A stretch of DNA of 64,000 nt from Candidatus Thorarchaeota archaeon (GTDB lineage Archaea > Asgardarchaeota > Thorarchaeia > Thorarchaeales > Thorarchaeaceae), in the NCBI GenBank assembly GCA_016933575.1, contig JAFGAR010000175.1:1-64000 (forward strand). Direction: 5' to 3'. A program made the position numbers and the translations under genes. Positions 60,018-64,000 of this stretch are shown piece by piece; the first letter of the stretch is position 1; each line of letters begins with the position of its first letter. A model generated the notes under the pieces. That model was not told where the DNA came from, ran no database searches, and saw only the letters and a program-made list of their open reading frames with translations.

Positions 60018-60656
60018 ATGATGGATAATAGGTGTCATTTTAAGATGAGAATGAGGAGTAAGAAGCTACTACTTTTCTTAGTTGCCATATTTGGCTTATT
60101 CATGGGAACGACTCTTGCAATAGTTCCAGGAATTACAGGATTGAGCAAAGGGTTTCCGAATGCTATTGTGCTCCTTTTTTTTGGAGGTATTACGTATGCG
60201 TGTTCGATAAAAATAGCTTTTATAATAAGAACTCAATTTGAGGAAATACGAGTAGTCCCAAAACCAGATGCTGCTGTTAGCGTGATAGCAATTGATGATG
60301 AAGCAGACATCTTGCAACTTATCCGTATGAAATTATCCAAAGAAGGATTCGATGTTTATACAGCCTCAAATGGTGATGAGGGTATCGAGAAAGTACTTCG
60401 TGATAAACCTGATGTTATGATTGTAGATATATTGATGCCGGGAAAAGACGGCTATCAGGTAGTAGCTGAAGTGAAAGCAAGACTTCGAGAAGATTCTCCG
60501 GTTATAATAATGCTAACTTCAAAGACTGAAGATGCAGATATGGTTAAGGGGCTATCCATGGATATAGATGATTATATCACGAAACCATTTAGTCCAAGAG
60601 AATTAATCGAGAGAATAAATGTAGCTCTCATTAAAAGCGCCAAGGAGAATAAGTGA
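60018..60656 (+). CDS. Two-TM anchored response-regulator receiver protein with no output domain
   Basis: Two TM then IDDE, IVDILMPGKDG, MLTSK, DDYITKPFSPREL; start possibly ATG 60045. Confidence 0.88.
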   Translation: MMDNRCHFKMRMRSKKLLLFLVAIFGLFMGTTLAIVPGITGLSKGFPNAIVLLFFGGITYACSIKIAFIIRTQFEEIRVVPKPDAAVSVIAIDDEADILQLIRMKLSKEGFDVYTASNGDEGIEKVLRDKPDVMIVDILMPGKDGYQVVAEVKARLREDSPVIIMLTSKTEDADMVKGLSMDIDDYITKPFSPRELIERINVALIKSAKENK

Positions 60657-60674
60657 GATTGTGGAGGATAAAGT

Positions 60675-63600
60675 TTGGAAGATGAAATCAACGAATCCGA
60701 CACGGATCTACCAATTGAGGGCGAAACAATACCATTAATGGAACCAGTGACAAGAATCCACTTTGGCCGTGACAGTCTCCCAATAAGATCCGTACAATAT
60801 TGGCGAGCTCAGTCTTTTGCTTCGAGACTTCATAGAGATTTCACTGAGAGTTTAAAAACTGGAAATATTACTTTGATGAAACGCAGCTTTTATGCCCTGG
60901 CGGAATTTTATGGACTAACATTAAAATTAATGAGACATTCGCTTCTTAATGGAAATTCTGCATTAATGGTGTCTTCTCTAAGAAGTCTAATTGCACTCAA
61001 TGCACCACTTCATGACATGCATAATAGAGCACCAAATACAATACCATTCCCATTGACTTTAGATGAAACTCTATTGAAGTCATTAATATCCGACCTCATT
61101 ATCAGAGCTTTTAAGGAATCAGACATATCCCTCGAGGAATCGAAAATAGTAGAAGATGTAAATCAACATATCTTCGTGCAGCAAATTGCGTCTTTAGTTA
61201 TTAAAAATCAGCTTCTCGAGTTAGTAGAGAAAGGACACTTGATGAAGACAGATACAAGCTATACAAGAACAAAACGACCATATGTACACTCAAACTTAGA
61301 TGATACAAGTCTTCAGTCTTTTCTGGGTAAAAATATCTATGAAAAATTTCAGATGGGGGGTTTTCCAGGTGTTTCTAATATTATAAACCGTAGAAAATCG
61401 TTTCATAAGTTCTTCGAGAAACTCACTTCATTTGGAGATTTAATCGCAGACATGTTCATTTCTGCATTGATTAGCCTTCTTCTTTCAGAAACTATGAAAT
61501 CAAAACTTAATGCATGGTCTCACTTTGATTTAATCAGTTCAGCAATTCCACGACCATATCAACGTGACGCATTCACGATTTTTCGAGGGTATGGATATCA
61601 AGGGCAGCTAATTGAAGCACCGACAGGTTCAGGAAAAACACTCATTGGTATGATGGCAATTCAAGATTGGATGACATCAATGTCATCAGGTGAGTCTATA
61701 CTAATTCTAGTACCAACAGTTAATTACGAACAACAATGGATTAGAGAATTATGCTATAAATTCACAGGACTCAATCTTCCACCTGATGATGTATATGCAG
61801 GCACACCGATTGATTATGAATCTACTAAGAAGGAATTAGACGCCTCCCCACCTATTCTAATCATGACATATCAATCTCTTGCTCAGTTGGGCTCTTCAAA
61901 AGGGAAAGGGGGGTTTGATACCAATTCCATCGAAAAATTCCTTCAAGGTAGCAACATCCGGTATGTGATTTTAGATGAAGTTCACAAGGTAGTCGTTAAT
62001 TATGATAGTGTTTCAACAGATATTACGAGATTACTCCTAGAATGGTTGCATGACGGAAGTATAGAGGGGCTCATTGGTTTCACTGGAACAGCAATAGCAT
62101 TCAGACAACGATTTCAAGATTTAGGATTGCAACTGGTCTATACTCTGTCTTCTGCTGAATTGATAGCATATGGCTTTGTTGCTCCATTTGCTGAGTTTGG
62201 GCTTCCATTTACTCATTCTAATAGAGAAAGAATTATACTCTCTCTTCTTGATGCCTATAAATCGTCAATACGTGAATTCATTGATATTCTAGGGTCAGTG
62301 AATTTGAGAACAGTATTTAGTCAGATACCCTTGGAAAAAAAGATTACAATTGGTCGGGATATTTTAGAAGTTTTTTCAGGAAGAAGGGATCAAGAGATTG
62401 CATTAACAGAGCGCTATCACGGTTGGGAAAGTGGCGAAGTTTTGAATTTCTATGAATGGCACCTGATCAGCATAATTCAAATTGCTGAGAATTTATCGGA
62501 TTCTGATCTTCTTGAGAAAATGATAGTTGGTCTCCCAATTAATGAACAACATGAGAGAAAGAATAGATTCACAGTAATGTTAGGTTTTTTGATGAAATTG
62601 CGGCAAGAATTAGTCAGTCTGTTAAGATCTCAAGATATCACATATCGCCTTGAAATGCAAGATTTTGGAATAAAGTTAGATACAGAATCACTATATAAAA
62701 TTGCTAATTCAAAGCGACCAAAGACCAAAATACGAAATAGAATCAGAGATCTTTTATCAACCACAATCCTAGGTCTTTATACATCTCTCAGTAGTTATCA
62801 CTATCGAATGGGCGAAGGACTTGTAGAATCAGTGAATTCCATAATTAAAGCAGAAAGAGCTGTAAGAAAGCTAAATGCGGTAATTGTTTTTGGTGAAAGT
62901 AAACGTATTAAATGGGAGGAAGGACTTGCTTTTCCAGGATACGCAGGTGTAGCTGGTATTTTTGCTCAATTACTGAACCAACGTGGACTATATCCAATGG
63001 CTGTACTTTCAAGTGAAGTATATCTTCGTTGGACAAAGAAAAATCAAACTCCACAACGAATTGCAGATTATATCAAAAAGGACATTATGAAGAATGAATT
63101 GGGGAATATTCTATTTAGACTCCTGACAGTGGGATTGGATCTTTCTCCAGAGAATAGCAATTTGTTCAAAGAATCGTTTGATTCTATTTTAATGAAGTAT
63201 GCCAATAGACTCACTTCGATAGGAGCAACAAGACCTGCGGAATTTGTGAGAGAAGTTCTTAAACCACTTCAAAAGACGTTGCCCAGTATAGTAGAAAGAG
63301 ATGATATTCCTAAACTTAAATCAAGATTGAGTTTAAAAAATCGTCACGTGCAGAAATGGATAACTGATTTCTATAACTATGGAATCATCGCAGCTCGTTT
63401 CTTGAAAGCACCAACAGCAGAATTGTACCAAGCATCTGGTAAAAAAATGAAATTCTTTGTAGTGAAAATGCCTCAAGGAGAAATGAAGCAACTCATGTAT
63501 GATTTAGCCAGTAGAATAGTTGATGAAGAAAAACTGGGAATCAATGTCATAATTGTATCAAATTGGGCGAGAACTGGATGGAATGTCATAAGACCAGATC

Positions 63601-64000
63601 TCCTCATAGATACAACAGCAACACGAAATGTAACAGCATGGCAACAACTTCGAGGAAGAGCCATGAGAGCCACGTCTACTTGGGATAAAAAGTGCTATGA
63701 GGCATTGATGCTTCTCGTAGGTTCAAGAATAGGAGATCTTGTTGAGCAAACTGGTGACTTCAGTAAAACCGGTGAAGATCAGAGTGTTCAAGAATACAAG
63801 CAATTGGACAAGGCTACTATCAACCTATTCTTGCAGATTCATAACGAGGCTAGGCAAATAAGTGACTATAATCCAAAGTACAATCTGACAAGAAAAATCA
63901 TACAAGGGGATCTAGAACAATTTATGGATGTTGAACGAGAACAACTTGCTCTTGAAATGATGATTGTCCGGAACAAGGTGACGCATATTTATGAACTTGT
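60675..64000 (+). CDS. Large SF2 (ResIII/XPB-like DExH) helicase/ATPase, >1100 aa, 3'-truncated (not in ORF track)
   Basis: Translated by hand: GGAGG then TTG 60675, open to window end; PRPYQ, EAPTGSGKT, ILVPT, MTYQSL, ILDEVH, GFTGT, ARTGWNV, QQLRGRAMR. Confidence 0.9.
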   Translation, partial: MEDEINESDTDLPIEGETIPLMEPVTRIHFGRDSLPIRSVQYWRAQSFASRLHRDFTESLKTGNITLMKRSFYALAEFYGLTLKLMRHSLLNGNSALMVSSLRSLIALNAPLHDMHNRAPNTIPFPLTLDETLLKSLISDLIIRAFKESDISLEESKIVEDVNQHIFVQQIASLVIKNQLLELVEKGHLMKTDTSYTRTKRPYVHSNLDDTSLQSFLGKNIYEKFQMGGFPGVSNIINRRKSFHKFFEKLTSFGDLIADMFISALISLLLSETMKSKLNAWSHFDLISSAIPRPYQRDAFTIFRGYGYQGQLIEAPTGSGKTLIGMMAIQDWMTSMSSGESILILVPTVNYEQQWIRELCYKFTGLNLPPDDVYAGTPIDYESTKKELDASPPILIMTYQSLAQLGSSKGKGGFDTNSIEKFLQGSNIRYVILDEVHKVVVNYDSVSTDITRLLLEWLHDGSIEGLIGFTGTAIAFRQRFQDLGLQLVYTLSSAELIAYGFVAPFAEFGLPFTHSNRERIILSLLDAYKSSIREFIDILGSVNLRTVFSQIPLEKKITIGRDILEVFSGRRDQEIALTERYHGWESGEVLNFYEWHLISIIQIAENLSDSDLLEKMIVGLPINEQHERKNRFTVMLGFLMKLRQELVSLLRSQDITYRLEMQDFGIKLDTESLYKIANSKRPKTKIRNRIRDLLSTTILGLYTSLSSYHYRMGEGLVESVNSIIKAERAVRKLNAVIVFGESKRIKWEEGLAFPGYAGVAGIFAQLLNQRGLYPMAVLSSEVYLRWTKKNQTPQRIADYIKKDIMKNELGNILFRLLTVGLDLSPENSNLFKESFDSILMKYANRLTSIGATRPAEFVREVLKPLQKTLPSIVERDDIPKLKSRLSLKNRHVQKWITDFYNYGIIAARFLKAPTAELYQASGKKMKFFVVKMPQGEMKQLMYDLASRIVDEEKLGINVIIVSNWARTGWNVIRPDLLIDTTATRNVTAWQQLRGRAMRATSTWDKKCYEALMLLVGSRIGDLVEQTGDFSKTGEDQSVQEYKQLDKATINLFLQIHNEARQISDYNPKYNLTRKIIQGDLEQFMDVEREQLALEMMIVRNKVTHIYEL

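Noticed and set aside
305-63673. The many 60-176 aa ORFs antisense to or nested in longer genes (e.g. 305..607, 5746..6045, 20318..20713, 26337..26867, 63473..63673)
   Set aside because: Shadow frames of well-supported genes, with no motifs or RBS.
60657-64000. Apparent 3.3-kb non-coding desert in the ORF track
   Set aside because: It is a continuous reading frame that has no stop before the window edge (the SF2 helicase).
1-64000. tRNA, rRNA, CRISPR arrays, IS elements, integrases, DGR repeats
   Set aside because: No cloverleaf/T-loop context, regularly spaced repeats, or transposase/RT motifs seen by eye; a tRNAscan/Infernal run would be needed to exclude small RNAs.

Overview
A gene-dense archaeal chromosomal window, most likely from an Asgard archaeon such as Thorarchaeia. 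This is inferred from a profilin-like gene, tandem Rab-like GTPases without CaaX, a PCI-type wHTH protein, TrmB, HTH-10 and AbrB-PhoU regulators, a geranylgeranyl reductase, and many acidic surface proteins with C-terminal TM anchors. Main blocks: (1) a CUT2 nucleoside/sugar ABC transporter, 5'-truncated; (2) a profilin locus with a 58-aa basic ORF missing from the ORF track; (3) a membrane plus surface-protein operon; (4) an agmatinase-TrmB-GGR-M23-like-LipS2-LplA-LplB lipoylation cluster; (5) a coiled-coil/M50-protease/wHTH cluster; (6) two Rab-like GTPases converging on a pstSCAB-phoU-phoU operon with a divergent AbrB-PhoU regulator; (7) an orphan DNA methyltransferase; (8) a 2320-aa gingipain-like C25 protease; (9) two paralogous triple-repeat surface proteins; (10) an AT-richer terminal segment with a 2TM-receiver protein followed by a >1100-aa SF2 helicase. 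The helicase runs off the window and is absent from the ORF track. I saw no tRNA, rRNA, CRISPR array, transposase or integrase. All family calls come from reading motifs by eye, not from database searches.
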